Assembly (NCBI GenBank): GCA_963752155.1
Contig: CAVVXH010000017.1
Span: 1 to 64,000 of the forward strand
Origin: an uncultured Parachlamydiaceae bacterium
GTDB lineage: Bacteria; Chlamydiota; Chlamydiia; Chlamydiales; Parachlamydiaceae
Direction: 5' to 3'
DNA: 64,000 bases
Both the position numbers and the translations under genes were made by a program. Position 1 is the stretch's first letter. Every line of letters starts with the position of its first letter. This document shows, piece by piece, positions 30,573 to 41,495 of the stretch. The notes beneath the pieces are model-generated. The model did not search any database. It was not told the DNA's origin and saw only the letters and a program-made list of their open reading frames with translations.

Positions 30573-31322
30573 ATGTCTGCATTCAACAAAGAGACTTTTA
30601 TTTGTCTCGACTGCGAAACGACCGGCTTGGATGCCAATGCTGATAAAATTATCGAGATCGCCATTGCCAAATTTGATCTCCAAGAAATTCAGTCTTCGTT
30701 TGAAAGTTTGATTGATCCCGAGTGTCAAATTCCGGAGACATCGATTGCCATTCACAACATTACCCAAGAAATGATTCAAGGAAAACCTTGCATTGCTTCT
30801 CTTCTTCCTGAGATTATCCAAATGATCGGAAAGCATATCATCATTGGCCATGGGATTGAATTTGATATTGCTTTGATTGCAAATGCAGCTGACCGCGCAG
30901 GGCTGCCTCACACTTTGCGAAACAATCGTACTTTCGACACACATCGCATGGCTCGACTTTATGGTGAAAGCCCTACAAACTCCCTCGAACAATTGCGTCA
31001 ACATTTTAATATTCCCCATGAAGGGGCCCACCGTGCTATGAATGATGTTGTGGTTAATATTGGGGTGTTTAAATACCTTGCAAGACGTTATAAGTCGCTC
31101 GACCAACTATTTCAAGTCCTTTCTAAGCCTATTTTACTGAAGACAATGCCTTTGGGACCTCACAAAGGGCGTTCAATGAAAGAAGTGCCTCATGAATATC
31201 TCCGTTGGGCTGTGACAAAAGATTTCGATCAAGATTTAATTTATTCAATTCGTATGGAACTTAAACGGCGGAAAAGCGGAAATTTATTTTCACAAGCTAC
31301 AAATCCGTTTGCAGATCTTTAG
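30573..31322 (+). CDS. DnaQ-like DEDDh exonuclease with C-terminal DUF3820-like domain
   Basis: LDCETTG, GH...FD, HRAM.D, MPLGPHKG. Confidence 0.88.
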   Translation: MSAFNKETFICLDCETTGLDANADKIIEIAIAKFDLQEIQSSFESLIDPECQIPETSIAIHNITQEMIQGKPCIASLLPEIIQMIGKHIIIGHGIEFDIALIANAADRAGLPHTLRNNRTFDTHRMARLYGESPTNSLEQLRQHFNIPHEGAHRAMNDVVVNIGVFKYLARRYKSLDQLFQVLSKPILLKTMPLGPHKGRSMKEVPHEYLRWAVTKDFDQDLIYSIRMELKRRKSGNLFSQATNPFADL

Positions 31323-31355
31323 GAACTGTTCAACAATAACTTCCACGAGTTAAAA

Positions 31356-32906
31356 ATGAAAAAGTTTTGTATTTCAGGCCCAATCATTGCTGAAGACCAT
31401 TATTTTTTGCCCGCAAGGCTTGATTATGACTTGCTAAATTCATTTCTCGAACAAAAGTTTTATTTTGTCTTGCATGCTCCAAGGCAAAGTGGAAAGACAA
31501 CTGAAATTGACAAATTTGTGCGATTTCTTAACAAGAATGATCAATATATAGCTCTTTACATCAATATTGAACCGGCCCAAGCCGCCCGAGATAATATTAA
31601 AGATGCACTGATAACCATCATCGATGTGATCGCTCAAGAAATTGAGAGACAATTAGAAGGGTACAATGAAATTGCGGCTCATTTACGTAAAATGATTACA
31701 ATTGAACCCATTTCTCTCGCTCTTTTGATGAATGCCCTTTCATTCATTTCTAAATCGTTCAAAAAACCTCTTGTTCTATTTATTGACGAAATAGATGCGT
31801 TAATCGGAGACTCCATGCTTTCGGTTTTAAGGCAAATTAGAGCTGGATTCAAACTGAGGCCCACCGATTTTCCTCAAACAATCTGCTTGATAGGCTTACG
31901 AGATGTTCGAGATTATCGAGTGTGGTCTATAGAACAAGGTGTCTATGTCTCTACAAGCAGCCCATTTAATATCAAAGCCGAGTCTCTTACACTGGAAAAT
32001 TTTACTCAAGAGCAAGTTAAAAATCTCTATCATCAGCATACCCAGGCAACAGGGCAGGTGTTTAGTGAAGACGCTCTTGAACACGCCTACTATTTAACTC
32101 AAGGTCAGCCTTGGCTAGTGAATGCAATTGCCTATGAGGCATGCTTTCGTGATCTCCTTGATCGCACTCAACCTATCGACAAAGCGACCATTGAGAGAGC
32201 GAAAAATCAATTGATCGCTAGGCAAGATACCCACATAGATTCCTTATTCGACAAACTCAATGAAGAACGAGTCTTGGGAATTATCGATGCTATCATCAGT
32301 GGAAAAACGGAAATTTCGACTTTTGACTTTGACGATGTGCGTTACGTATACGATTTAGGTCTTATTAAAAAAGATGGTTTTGAAATAGCCAATCCGATTT
32401 ATCGAGAAATTATTCCTAAGGCATTAAGTTCTGTTCTTCAAAAAATGATTCTCGATAAAAGTGCTTGGTATTTAGATGAGAATTCTAATCTTGATATGCA
32501 TAAGCTTCTAACTCATTTTACCTTATTTTATCGAGAAAATTCCGGTGCTTGGGGCAAAAAAATTGCATATCAAGAATCTATGCCTCATCTTCTCCTCATG
32601 GCTTTTCTCCAACGAATTATTAACGGAGATGGCACAATCACTCGTGAATATGCATTAGGAAGAAAGCGTGTTGATTTATACATCACTTGGAGAAAACAAA
32701 CATTTGTTTTAGAACTAAAAGTTAAGCGAGGAGAGGAGACCTTAAAAAAAGGGCTAGCTCAAACAAGTGAGTACATGGATCTATGCAATGCTGAGGAAGG
32801 TCATCTTCTTATTTTTGACCGAGATCCTAATATTAGCTGGACAGAAAAAATATCCTCAAAAATCGTCACTTTTAACTCTAAATCAATTCATGTCTGGACA
32901 ATGTAG
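31356..32906 (+). CDS. AAA-like ATPase with C-terminal PD-(D/E)XK-like domain
   Basis: APRQSGKTT, LFIDEID, T.GQPWLVN, REYALGRKRVDL...ELK. Confidence 0.82.
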   Translation: MKKFCISGPIIAEDHYFLPARLDYDLLNSFLEQKFYFVLHAPRQSGKTTEIDKFVRFLNKNDQYIALYINIEPAQAARDNIKDALITIIDVIAQEIERQLEGYNEIAAHLRKMITIEPISLALLMNALSFISKSFKKPLVLFIDEIDALIGDSMLSVLRQIRAGFKLRPTDFPQTICLIGLRDVRDYRVWSIEQGVYVSTSSPFNIKAESLTLENFTQEQVKNLYHQHTQATGQVFSEDALEHAYYLTQGQPWLVNAIAYEACFRDLLDRTQPIDKATIERAKNQLIARQDTHIDSLFDKLNEERVLGIIDAIISGKTEISTFDFDDVRYVYDLGLIKKDGFEIANPIYREIIPKALSSVLQKMILDKSAWYLDENSNLDMHKLLTHFTLFYRENSGAWGKKIAYQESMPHLLLMAFLQRIINGDGTITREYALGRKRVDLYITWRKQTFVLELKVKRGEETLKKGLAQTSEYMDLCNAEEGHLLIFDRDPNISWTEKISSKIVTFNSKSIHVWTM

Positions 32907-32932
32907 TGAAGTTTCTGTATTAAGAGGTACAT

Positions 32933-34693
32933 ATGCAAAATTCCAAAAGCAATGCCGTTAATTCGGCTATCATCGGTATTTATGGACTTCTCTTAGCTGT
33001 TTGTGTCATCACATCTCTTTATTTAGGCCAGATCATCCTCATCCCTTTTGCCCTTGCAATCTTATTGTCTTTTGCACTCTCCCACGTAGTCTCGCGACTT
33101 GAAAGATGGCTTAACCGCACAGCTTCTGTTGTGATCGTTGTGCTTATGGTTTTTACCGGCATTGGCATTACGAGTTATGTGATGACTCAGCAAATCATTG
33201 ACCTTGCAGTCAAATTACCGGACTACAAGACAAACATTTCAGCCAAGCTTCGTTCCCTACGCATTCCTCAAGAGTATATTTTAACCCGGCTGTCTAGGAC
33301 AATCGAAGAGTTGAGGAATGAGATTCCTGGTCAAGCTCCCATTTCACCAGAGCCCTCCGCAAAAACAACGCAAATTGTCGAAGCAAAAACAGACTTCACA
33401 AATCTTCTTGAGTCATTTTTTGGAGGATTTTTCCATGTCCTTAGCACATCAGGATTCGTACTTTTGCTTGTTTTTTTTATGTTACTGAATCGAGAAGATC
33501 TTCGTGGACGTATGATTAAGCTGATCGGTCAAGGGCGGATCAGTTCAACAACTTTAGCCATGGATGATGCTAGCAACCGTATTTCTCACTATTTGTACAT
33601 GCAGTTTATTGTTAACGTGATTTTTGGAACTCTTTTTGGAATCGGATTATACCTGATTGGCATTCCAAATGCCGTGCTTTGGGGAGGATTAGCAATGATA
33701 TTGCGATTTATACCCTATCTTGGAGTATGGATTGCAGCGACCATTCCATTAGCCTTATCATTAGCCGTCTCTGCAAGTTGGGCTGTTCCATTGATCGTTG
33801 TCTGTCTTATTATAGGACTGGAACTAATAATTTATCTGATAGAGCCCTGGTTGTATGGCTCAAGTACAGGGGTCTCCCCAATGGCACTTGTAGTTGCTGC
33901 AGTTTTTTGGACCTGGCTTTGGGGCCCTATCGGACTAGTACTTTCCACAGCACTCACCGTCTGTTTGGTTGTCATGGGCCATCATGTTGGAAAATTAAAA
34001 TTTCTTAGTGTCTTATTAAGCGATGAAGAACCCCTTACACCCGATGAAGAGCTTTATCACCGATTACTCTCTGTAGACCAAAACGAAACGATCACGTTTA
34101 TTGAAGGGTATTTAAAAAAACATACGATTACTGATTTGTATGACACCATTTTTATTCCTGTGATCTCTACAGCAGAAATGGACCTCCGTTTAGGACATAT
34201 CGAGGAAGATCAAGGAATTATTTTGCGTCAAAGCATCCGTGAAGTTGTGGAAGATCTTTCCAGTCTTCCACCGACTTCCAGTGAAACTAAAGAACAACCA
34301 TCGCCTATTCGAAGTTGTCGCGTACTTTGCTGTCCGGCCAAGGAGGAACGGGATGAATTAGCAGGTAGCATGCTGGCACAACTATTGAGGCTAAAATCCT
34401 TTGAATGTGAAAATCTTTCAGCAAAGTTAGGTGTTTCCGAGCTGATTGACTTTACTGAAAAAGATGTTCCAGATGTAATCATCATTTCAGCAGTGATGCC
34501 CTCCTCAGTGATACATGTCCGATATCTTTGTGCAAAATTGCGACTTAAAATGCCGCAAGTGAAAATGATTGCCGGAATATGGGGATCTGGTAAAATTCTT
34601 CCAGAAGCTCTTCAGAAACTGCGTTATGCCGGTGTTAACGAGATCGTTTTTTCACTGAATGAAGCTGTTACAATGGTTGAAACAATTAGTTAA
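32933..34693 (+). CDS. AI-2E family transporter with soluble C-terminal extension
   Basis: LRFIPYLG, IEPWLYG, FWTWLWGPIGL. Confidence 0.88.
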   Translation: MQNSKSNAVNSAIIGIYGLLLAVCVITSLYLGQIILIPFALAILLSFALSHVVSRLERWLNRTASVVIVVLMVFTGIGITSYVMTQQIIDLAVKLPDYKTNISAKLRSLRIPQEYILTRLSRTIEELRNEIPGQAPISPEPSAKTTQIVEAKTDFTNLLESFFGGFFHVLSTSGFVLLLVFFMLLNREDLRGRMIKLIGQGRISSTTLAMDDASNRISHYLYMQFIVNVIFGTLFGIGLYLIGIPNAVLWGGLAMILRFIPYLGVWIAATIPLALSLAVSASWAVPLIVVCLIIGLELIIYLIEPWLYGSSTGVSPMALVVAAVFWTWLWGPIGLVLSTALTVCLVVMGHHVGKLKFLSVLLSDEEPLTPDEELYHRLLSVDQNETITFIEGYLKKHTITDLYDTIFIPVISTAEMDLRLGHIEEDQGIILRQSIREVVEDLSSLPPTSSETKEQPSPIRSCRVLCCPAKEERDELAGSMLAQLLRLKSFECENLSAKLGVSELIDFTEKDVPDVIIISAVMPSSVIHVRYLCAKLRLKMPQVKMIAGIWGSGKILPEALQKLRYAGVNEIVFSLNEAVTMVETIS

Positions 34694-34734
34694 GGGACCG
34701 TGGATAAGACCCTTTATTTTCAGGAGGAAATTCA

Positions 34735-36151
34735 TTGGATTTCATGCCTTCATCTTATTCTCTGTCAATTGACCTTTTTTTGCGCTTTTTGGGAGCTATT
34801 TATATCATTGCGTATGTTCCTTTTCTGTTTCAAATCAAAGGACTGATTGGTAAGGAAGGTATTCGTCCGGTCGCAGACTTTTTAAATATCGCGAAGAAGC
34901 ATTTGAAATATAGGTTTTATCATATCCCCACTTTATTTTGGTGGAATGCAAGTGATACAAGTCTGCTTCTCCTCATTTGGGCAGGGATCTTTTTGGGTGC
35001 AGCCCTTCTTTTTGGCAAAGGCTCGGCTCTCTTGCTATTACTTCTTTATTTTATCCATTTAAATCTTGTCACTGTCGGCCAAGATTTTTTGAGTTTCGGT
35101 TGGGAAACTTTTTTAATAGAAATCACATTTGGGACTGCTCTCCTTATCGCCACAACTCCTTATAATTTCTTTGCATGGCTTAGCATTAACTTTTTGCTTT
35201 TTCGTTTTTTTGTTGAAGCTGGAGTATCTAAACTTTTAAGTGGCGATGTGAACTGGCAAAATTTAACCGCACTTTCGTACCATTATTTTACTCAACCCCT
35301 TCCAAATACCACCGCATGGTATGTCCATAAATTGCCGATGTGGTTTCATAAGCTCTCATCGATTTTTTTATTTTTTGTAGAAATTTGCGTCCCTATTGCA
35401 ATTTTTTCATCTCATGAAATTCGTTTTGCTTTATTTTGCCTGTTTTTTGTTCTTCAGTTAGGAATTTGGCTTACAGGAAATTTATCCTATCTCAATCATT
35501 TGTCGGTGACAGCTTGCCTCTTTCTCATTCATAATCATTATTTAGAGCCCTTTTTAGGCCTCTCGGAACCTTCTGAACCTTCCTATCTTGTCTGGACGAT
35601 TTTCATTTCCATATTAGGAGCTATTTTTTTATTTTTACAAGTGGTGGCTTTTTGCCATATGTTTTTTCGAATTCCCTTCTTCCATCACGTCATCGCGTTC
35701 GTTCAGTCTTTGCACCTTGCTATTCCACATGGGATTTTTGCAGTCATGACGACTAAAAGATATGAAATAATCATTGAAGGAAGCATGGACGAGAAAACAT
35801 GGCTAGCTTTACGAATTCCGTTATAAACCTTGCGATGTATCCAAACGGTCAAAGAGGGTTTCCCCTTATCAACCTAGGCTCGATTGGCAAGCTTGGTTCT
35901 TACCCTTTCGATCTTTTAATCAGCAATGGTGGTTCCAACTTTTTTTAATAAGACTTTTACAGGGATCGTTAGAAGTCACAAAATTATTGAAGTCGAATCC
36001 TTTTTCTGATCAACCTCCTCTGTATGTGCGAGTTCTCTTATATGATTACACATTTACATCATGGGAGGAAAGGAAACAGACAGGCAATTTTTGGAAAAGA
36101 ACGTATGTGGGTCAATATTGTCCATCTATACACCTTCGAAATAACCTTTAA
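34735..36151 (+). pseudogene. Lipase maturation factor (LMF1) family gene with +1 frameshift
   Basis: VGQDFLSFGWE, YHYFTQPLP; after an extra T near 35808-35810 the frame continues YEFRYKP...PYQPRLDWQAWF to TAA at 36151; may be a sequencing error. Confidence 0.85.
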
Positions 36152-36214
36152 ACACAAAGCGAGATAGGGGGCTCCCCAGGCACCTGTCTCGCTTTGCGTT
36201 TAATTTTTTCCTAT
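36149..36214. repeat. Family C hairpin, possible terminator between convergent genes
   Basis: taaacacaaagcgagatagg...cctgtctcgctttgcgttta followed by a T-run. Confidence 0.6.
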
Positions 36215-36224
36215 ACTTCAGAGC

Positions 36225-36566
36225 TTAATTTCCAAAAGAAAATCCGAAATTAAAAAAACTCCACGGGCTAGGCCTTTGCTTCACAACAACTACCGGCTGC
36301 TGAACAATGACTGGTTGTTCATACTCGACATATGTCACCGGATAAGAACACGGTTGTGAAACAACTATAGGTGTTTGTTGTACCGGAACATAAGTTGTAA
36401 CCGGAACAGCAACTGGTCGCACTACAGTCGTTCCTACATTAAAACTTACTCGTGAAGGGCGATGATGACAATCATGGCATCTTCTTGAATGTCCGTGTCC
36501 TGCATCAAGATTAAAGGCTATTATTCCTGTGAATAGTACTAGACAACTTATAAAAATTGATTTCAT
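36225..36566 (-). CDS. Small secreted His/Val/Pro-rich protein
   Basis: RBS ggag, signal peptide, GHGHS..CHDCHH, C-terminal FNFGFSF. Confidence 0.65.
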   Translation of the reverse strand: MKSIFISCLVLFTGIIAFNLDAGHGHSRRCHDCHHRPSRVSFNVGTTVVRPVAVPVTTYVPVQQTPIVVSQPCSYPVTYVEYEQPVIVQQPVVVVKQRPSPWSFFNFGFSFGN

Positions 36567-36649
36567 GATAAACTCCATAAAATGTTTAAGCAACATCTTA
36601 ATTCTAAATAAAACGTCTATTATGTTCAATGATATATTGTTATTGAAAT

Positions 36650-36988
36650 TTAGTGTGATGGGATGACGTGCTGCGATTCTTTATAGTAATCGCTATTCTT
36701 GATTGATGATTCTTTATCATTATTAAAAAATGGAGTTTCTTTGTGAAGCTCAATATTATTTTCAAAATTGAGATCACTTTTATTAAAATTTGTGAAGTGG
36801 TGTACACTATAGCCTTGCCGTTTTACTTCACCATGGAGCTTTGGGTCCGCATTGCCACTATCTTGATCACCTGGGTGTGGACCTCGATGAAAATCGTCAA
36901 TTGCGACAATTGCATTTAATTGTGAACAAAACGCAACCATTAGGAATAAAGCCTTGAGTAAGGTTAAAGAGTGGTTTTTAGAATTCAT
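36650..36988 (-). CDS. Small secreted hypothetical protein
   Basis: RBS aaggaa, signal peptide ending SQLNA. Confidence 0.6.
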   Translation of the reverse strand: MNSKNHSLTLLKALFLMVAFCSQLNAIVAIDDFHRGPHPGDQDSGNADPKLHGEVKRQGYSVHHFTNFNKSDLNFENNIELHKETPFFNNDKESSIKNSDYYKESQHVIPSH

Positions 36989-37091
36989 ACGATTTCCTTT
37001 TAATTGCAATATGGCCTTAGCCAAACTATCTATGTTTGTATGATCTTTTGATCGCGCAAGCAAAGATAATTTGGCCGCAGCCAAAATCTAT

Positions 37092-37535
37092 TTAATCATC
37101 GTCCACGGCCCCAGTTCCAGCCGGTGTGCGATAATAATAGGGATTTACATAGTAAGGATCAGTATAGTAACTTGGTGCTATGTATGTACCACCATCATCC
37201 CAGTCTAGTCCATTCCAGTCACCATCTCCATACCATCCATGATGACCATGTCCCCAGTGGCCAAACTCACCATGATGATGATGATGACCGCCATGGTGAT
37301 GGCCTCCATGATGACCGTGATGGCCACCGTGACCACCGTGATGACCACCTCCATGGTGGCCTCCGCCATGCCCGCCACCGTGATGCCCTCCGCCGTGAGC
37401 GACGAAATCGCCCGAATCATGCTCTTCGGAATTCGACTGAGAAGAATTCTGTTCAGAGCTCAACTGGCTGAATGACGCGAGTCCTAAAAATAGGGCGCCA
37501 TAGATTGCCTTTACAATCGTTTTATTAATATTCAT
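37092..37535 (-). CDS. Secreted Gly/His-rich protein
   Basis: Signal peptide, GGHH repeats, Tyr/Pro-rich tail; start overlaps the end of the upstream gene. Confidence 0.75.
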   Translation of the reverse strand: MNINKTIVKAIYGALFLGLASFSQLSSEQNSSQSNSEEHDSGDFVAHGGGHHGGGHGGGHHGGGHHGGHGGHHGHHGGHHHGGHHHHHGEFGHWGHGHHGWYGDGDWNGLDWDDGGTYIAPSYYTDPYYVNPYYYRTPAGTGAVDDD

Positions 37536-37932
37536 ATACTTCTCCAGAAGGATAGTTGTTGTAATAATAGTCTGAATCATAATAGCTATTTGGATAATAA
37601 TTATCGTAGCCGTAATCGTCTATTCCAATACCATAGCCGCCATACCAACCACCGCCGCCCCAACCTTCACGTCCCCAGCCGCCATGTCCCCATTCTCCTC
37701 CATGTCCCCAGCCTCCACCGTGACCCCAGCCTCCTCCGTGTCCCCAGCCTCCACCGCCCATATGACCACCACCACCACCCATGTGTCCGCCACCGCCACC
37801 GCCACCGCCGTGACCTCCGCCACCGCCTCTTGCAATTTCATTCACATGATCAGCCGCTATAAGATTAAAAGTAGGAATAGCTAAGAGGGAAAATGTACAA
37901 ATAGTCATTATAATTTTTTTATATTTAAACAT
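37525..37932 (-). CDS. Secreted Gly-rich protein with GGWGHG repeats
   Basis: RBS aggag, signal peptide, poly-Gly, 18-bp repeats, Tyr/Asp-rich tail. Confidence 0.75.
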   Translation of the reverse strand: MFKYKKIIMTICTFSLLAIPTFNLIAADHVNEIARGGGGGHGGGGGGGGHMGGGGGHMGGGGWGHGGGWGHGGGWGHGGEWGHGGWGREGWGGGGWYGGYGIGIDDYGYDNYYPNSYYDSDYYYNNYPSGEVYEY

Positions 37933-38220
37933 TATAATCTCCTTTTTGAGATGTTTGAGACTTATTAATTACCACGTAAAACCGGCGAAGAACGCAAAAT
38001 GGTCAATGCTAAAAGGATTAACTTTACAGGATAAAATAAATTAACTTTAAAGCTAATTATTTTGAATTCCTGCACAATGACAATTTTTTTAATACGTTCT
38101 TCGCCTCACCTTATAATTAAACGAAGATACCCACGTTTAGAGCGAATTAACACTTCATGCTTCTATAAATTTAGAATAAAACTATTTGTTAATAATGTCA
38201 AATTTATTTTTGAAACAGCA

Positions 38221-38335
38221 GAAAGGACGACAAGGACAACAAGGACGACAAGCAAGGACAAAGTAAAGAGAATAAAACTTCAAATAGTTTTTAGTTGATT
38301 GAATCCTTGCCCTGCTGTCCTTGCTGTCCTTGCCC
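38221..38335. repeat. Repeat family G inverted 9-mer arrays
   Basis: aaggacaac-type array at 38221-38262 and inverse array at 38304-38335 abutting the ftsY stop. Confidence 0.75.
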
Positions 38336-39259
38336 TTATTCAAACAAAGCTTGAACATAAGCTTCTGGGTCAAAGACCACCAGATCATCAATTCCTTCAC
38401 CTATACCAATGTACTTAACGGGGATGCCCAACTGACGATGAATATTGACAATGACTCCCCCCTTTGCACTCCCATCAAGTTTTGTGAGGATAAGGCCAGT
38501 AATCGGTGTAAAACGATTAAATGTTTTGGCCTGCTCAATAGCATTTTGTCCAGTCGTCGCGTCTAAAACCAATAAAGTCTCATGGGGAGCTTCCGGAATA
38601 AACCTTCGACATGAACGCTTAATTTTTTCTAATTCTTGCATTAAAGGCAATTTAGTATGCAGCCGACCCGCAGTATCAATAATAACAACATCCACGTTCC
38701 GCGCTTTTCCAGCACTTACGGCATCAAAGGCTACTGCTGCTGGATCACTATTCGGAGCACCTTTAACAATGTCAATTCCATAGCGATTTGCCCAAAGCGA
38801 CAACTGCTCGATTGCAGCTGCACGAAAGGTATCAGCTGCAGCCACCAAAACTTTTGCATTCTCCCCCTGATATCGTTTAGCTAGCTTCGCAACAGAAGTT
38901 GTCTTTCCATTTCCGTTGACCCCGACAACCATAATAATACGCGGAGGAACCGTAGAAACTTCTAAGGCTTGAGCAGGTGACTTAAGAATACGCACTATTT
39001 CATGTCGGATTTCTACGAGATAGTCATCACCAGTCATCGAAGGATTTTTTAAATATAAATCCTTAACCTTTTGAGTCAATTCCGCAGCTGTTTCCACTCC
39101 AAGATCCGCTTCGTAGAAAGTTTTTTCGAGTTCTTCCAAGATTTCATCGCTCATTTTTCCGGTAAACAAGGCTCGAATCTTATTGCCCAGGTATGATCCA
39201 GTAGAAGCAAGAACATTTTTGACTTTGTTATAGCCAAATTTTAAGAAATTAAATACCAT
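38336..39259 (-). CDS. ftsY: SRP receptor FtsY
   Basis: GVNGNGKTT, DTFRAAA, DTAGR, TKLDGSAKGG. Confidence 0.96.
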   Translation of the reverse strand: MVFNFLKFGYNKVKNVLASTGSYLGNKIRALFTGKMSDEILEELEKTFYEADLGVETAAELTQKVKDLYLKNPSMTGDDYLVEIRHEIVRILKSPAQALEVSTVPPRIIMVVGVNGNGKTTSVAKLAKRYQGENAKVLVAAADTFRAAAIEQLSLWANRYGIDIVKGAPNSDPAAVAFDAVSAGKARNVDVVIIDTAGRLHTKLPLMQELEKIKRSCRRFIPEAPHETLLVLDATTGQNAIEQAKTFNRFTPITGLILTKLDGSAKGGVIVNIHRQLGIPVKYIGIGEGIDDLVVFDPEAYVQALFE

Positions 39260-39370
39260 GCGATTAACCTCCAGCAGTAAAATAAAAGGCATCGGATCAC
39301 TCACTCACACATGTGATCATGTGGTCCGAACATAACACATTATCTAAAATGATGATAGAGGAAGAGATCA

Positions 39371-40582
39371 ATGAATATTCATGAATATCAAGCTAAACTT
39401 TTTCTAAATAATCTTCGTGAGTATCAAGCAAAAAACTCACTAGAAAAAGTTGTATTACCCATAGCCCCCTTTGCAGTCATTAGGGCGCTCACAGATGCTA
39501 AGGAAGCCATTACTCAATTAGGCCTAGCCGAGTCGCCAGCAGTGCTTAAGGTACAAGTGCATGCAGGAGGTCGTGGCAAAGCTGGTGGAGTAAAAATTGC
39601 AAAAAATCCTCAAGAAATTCTTGAAAAAGCCGAAAAACTTTTGGGAATGAAAATTGTCAATAATCAAACAGGAAAAGAAGGGGTCATTGCCAATGAGGTT
39701 TTGATTGCTCCACTGCTCGACTTCAAAAAAGAGTATTATCTAGGAATTATTGTTGACCGTAAAAAAGCCAAAGTAATGATTATTGCCTCGCCTGAAGGCG
39801 GCATGGACATCGAGGAAATTGCAGAGAAATTCCCTGATAAGATTGCAACCTTTCCGGTGGAAAATAATGGGACTATTAGATCTTACCATTTGATTCATCT
39901 TGCAAAATTCATGGGATGGAAAAATAGGACCGCAGAGCAAGGCAAAAATATTGCAGCTGTTTTAGCAAAAGCTTTTTTTGCTTCAGACGCTTCTCTTTTG
40001 GAGATCAATCCTTTAGTTGAAACTGAAGAAGGGCAGCTTTATCTGCTCGATGCCAAATTATCCTTAGACGAAAACGCTCTCTTTCGACACCCCGAACTCG
40101 CCAAATTTTATGATGCACGTCAACTTCCCGAAACAGAAGCACGCGCGAATGCCTATAATTTAGCCTACGTTGATCTCGATGGAAATATCGGATGTATGGT
40201 CAACGGAGCTGGCCTTGCGATGGCCACAATGGATATCATTCAATATTCAGGAGGAGCTCCTGCAAATTTCCTCGATGTCGGTGGAAGTGCAACTGAAGAA
40301 AAAATCACTGAAGGCTTTAAAATTATCCAATCAGATAAAAATGTCAAAGCGATTTTTGTGAATATCTTTGGGGGGATTATGAATTGCCAAACACTTGCCG
40401 CAGGCATTATCGCAGCTATGGAGCAAGAAAAGTTGAGAATTCCTATCATTGTACGTATGGAAGGCACAAATGTGAAGGAAGGAAAGGCTATGCTTGTCAA
40501 TTCAAAGCTAGACATCATTATCGCCCACGGGCTCGCTGATGGAGCTGAAAAAGCCGTTCAAGCCGCAAAGCATTCAAATTAA
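39371..40582 (+). CDS. sucC: Succinyl-CoA synthetase beta subunit
   Basis: [32 protein letters not shown]. Confidence 0.96.
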   Translation: MNIHEYQAKLFLNNLREYQAKNSLEKVVLPIAPFAVIRALTDAKEAITQLGLAESPAVLKVQVHAGGRGKAGGVKIAKNPQEILEKAEKLLGMKIVNNQTGKEGVIANEVLIAPLLDFKKEYYLGIIVDRKKAKVMIIASPEGGMDIEEIAEKFPDKIATFPVENNGTIRSYHLIHLAKFMGWKNRTAEQGKNIAAVLAKAFFASDASLLEINPLVETEEGQLYLLDAKLSLDENALFRHPELAKFYDARQLPETEARANAYNLAYVDLDGNIGCMVNGAGLAMATMDIIQYSGGAPANFLDVGGSATEEKITEGFKIIQSDKNVKAIFVNIFGGIMNCQTLAAGIIAAMEQEKLRIPIIVRMEGTNVKEGKAMLVNSKLDIIIAHGLADGAEKAVQAAKHSN

Positions 40583-40593
40583 GGAAACTCATT

Positions 40594-41480
40594 ATGTCGA
40601 TCTTAGTCAACAAACAGACGAAAGTCATCACTCAAGGAATTACAGGAAAAGCTGGAAATTCCACACAGAACAGTGTATCGCTTATGGTTCTCGCTTTGTC
40701 GGAGGAGTTACTCCAGGTAAAGGAGGGCAAGAGATTTTTAATTTGCCGATTTTTGACACTGTTCAAGAGGCAAAAGAAGCCACAGGTTGCACAGCAACCA
40801 TGATCTTTGTTCCTGCCCCCTATGCCGCAGAAGCTATCTTAGAGGCTGAAGAAAGTGGAATTCCTCTCATCATTTGTATTACAGAAGGTATTCCCATTTT
40901 AGATATGTTGGAAGTTACCAATGTCATGCGAAATAGCAAAACGAGTCGGTTGATTGGACCTAATTGCCCAGGAGTCATTACTCCAGGAGAATGCAAAATC
41001 GGCATTATGCCAGGTTACATTCACCTCCCAGGTAAAATCGGTATTGTCTCACGTTCCGGCACACTGACATATGAAGCCGTGTGGCAAACCACTCAACTGG
41101 AACTAGGTCAATCGACTTGTGTGGGAATCGGAGGAGATCCTTTAAACGGCACAAGCTTTACGGATGTTTTAAAATTATTCCAAGACGACCCTAAAACAGA
41201 AGCCATTTTGATGATTGGTGAAATTGGAGGAGAAGCGGAGGAAGAAGCTGCAGCTTGGATCAAGAAAAATTGTACCAAACCTGTCGCCTCCTTTATCGCA
41301 GGCAAGACAGCTCCTGCAGGTCGAAGAATGGGACATGCCGGAGCAATTATTTCTGGCGGTAAAGGGACCGCAGCAGGTAAGATAGAAGCATTAAAAGATG
41401 CGAATGTCTCCATCGTCGATTCGCCAGCGTTAATGGGATCTGCGATGAAGAATTTACTGGAAAACAATGCCTTTAATTAG
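40594..41480 (+). pseudogene. sucD: Succinyl-CoA synthetase alpha subunit, frameshifted near codon 22 (possible sequencing error)
   Basis: [21 protein letters not shown] continues as KFHTEQC...RMGHAGA in another frame; one A is missing at 40656-40658. Confidence 0.9.
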
Positions 41481-41495
41481 TCGAGAAACAATAAA

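Noticed and set aside
30549..31106. 185-aa minus-strand ORF and similar antisense ORFs within core genes
   Set aside because: Fully overlap well-supported genes on the opposite strand
37124..37884. Alternative-frame ORFs over the Gly/His-rich genes
   Set aside because: Open frames arise from low-complexity codons and lack signal peptides or RBS
40539..40655. N-terminus of the 313-aa ORF as the real SucD start
   Set aside because: The canonical MSILV start is at 40594 in another frame
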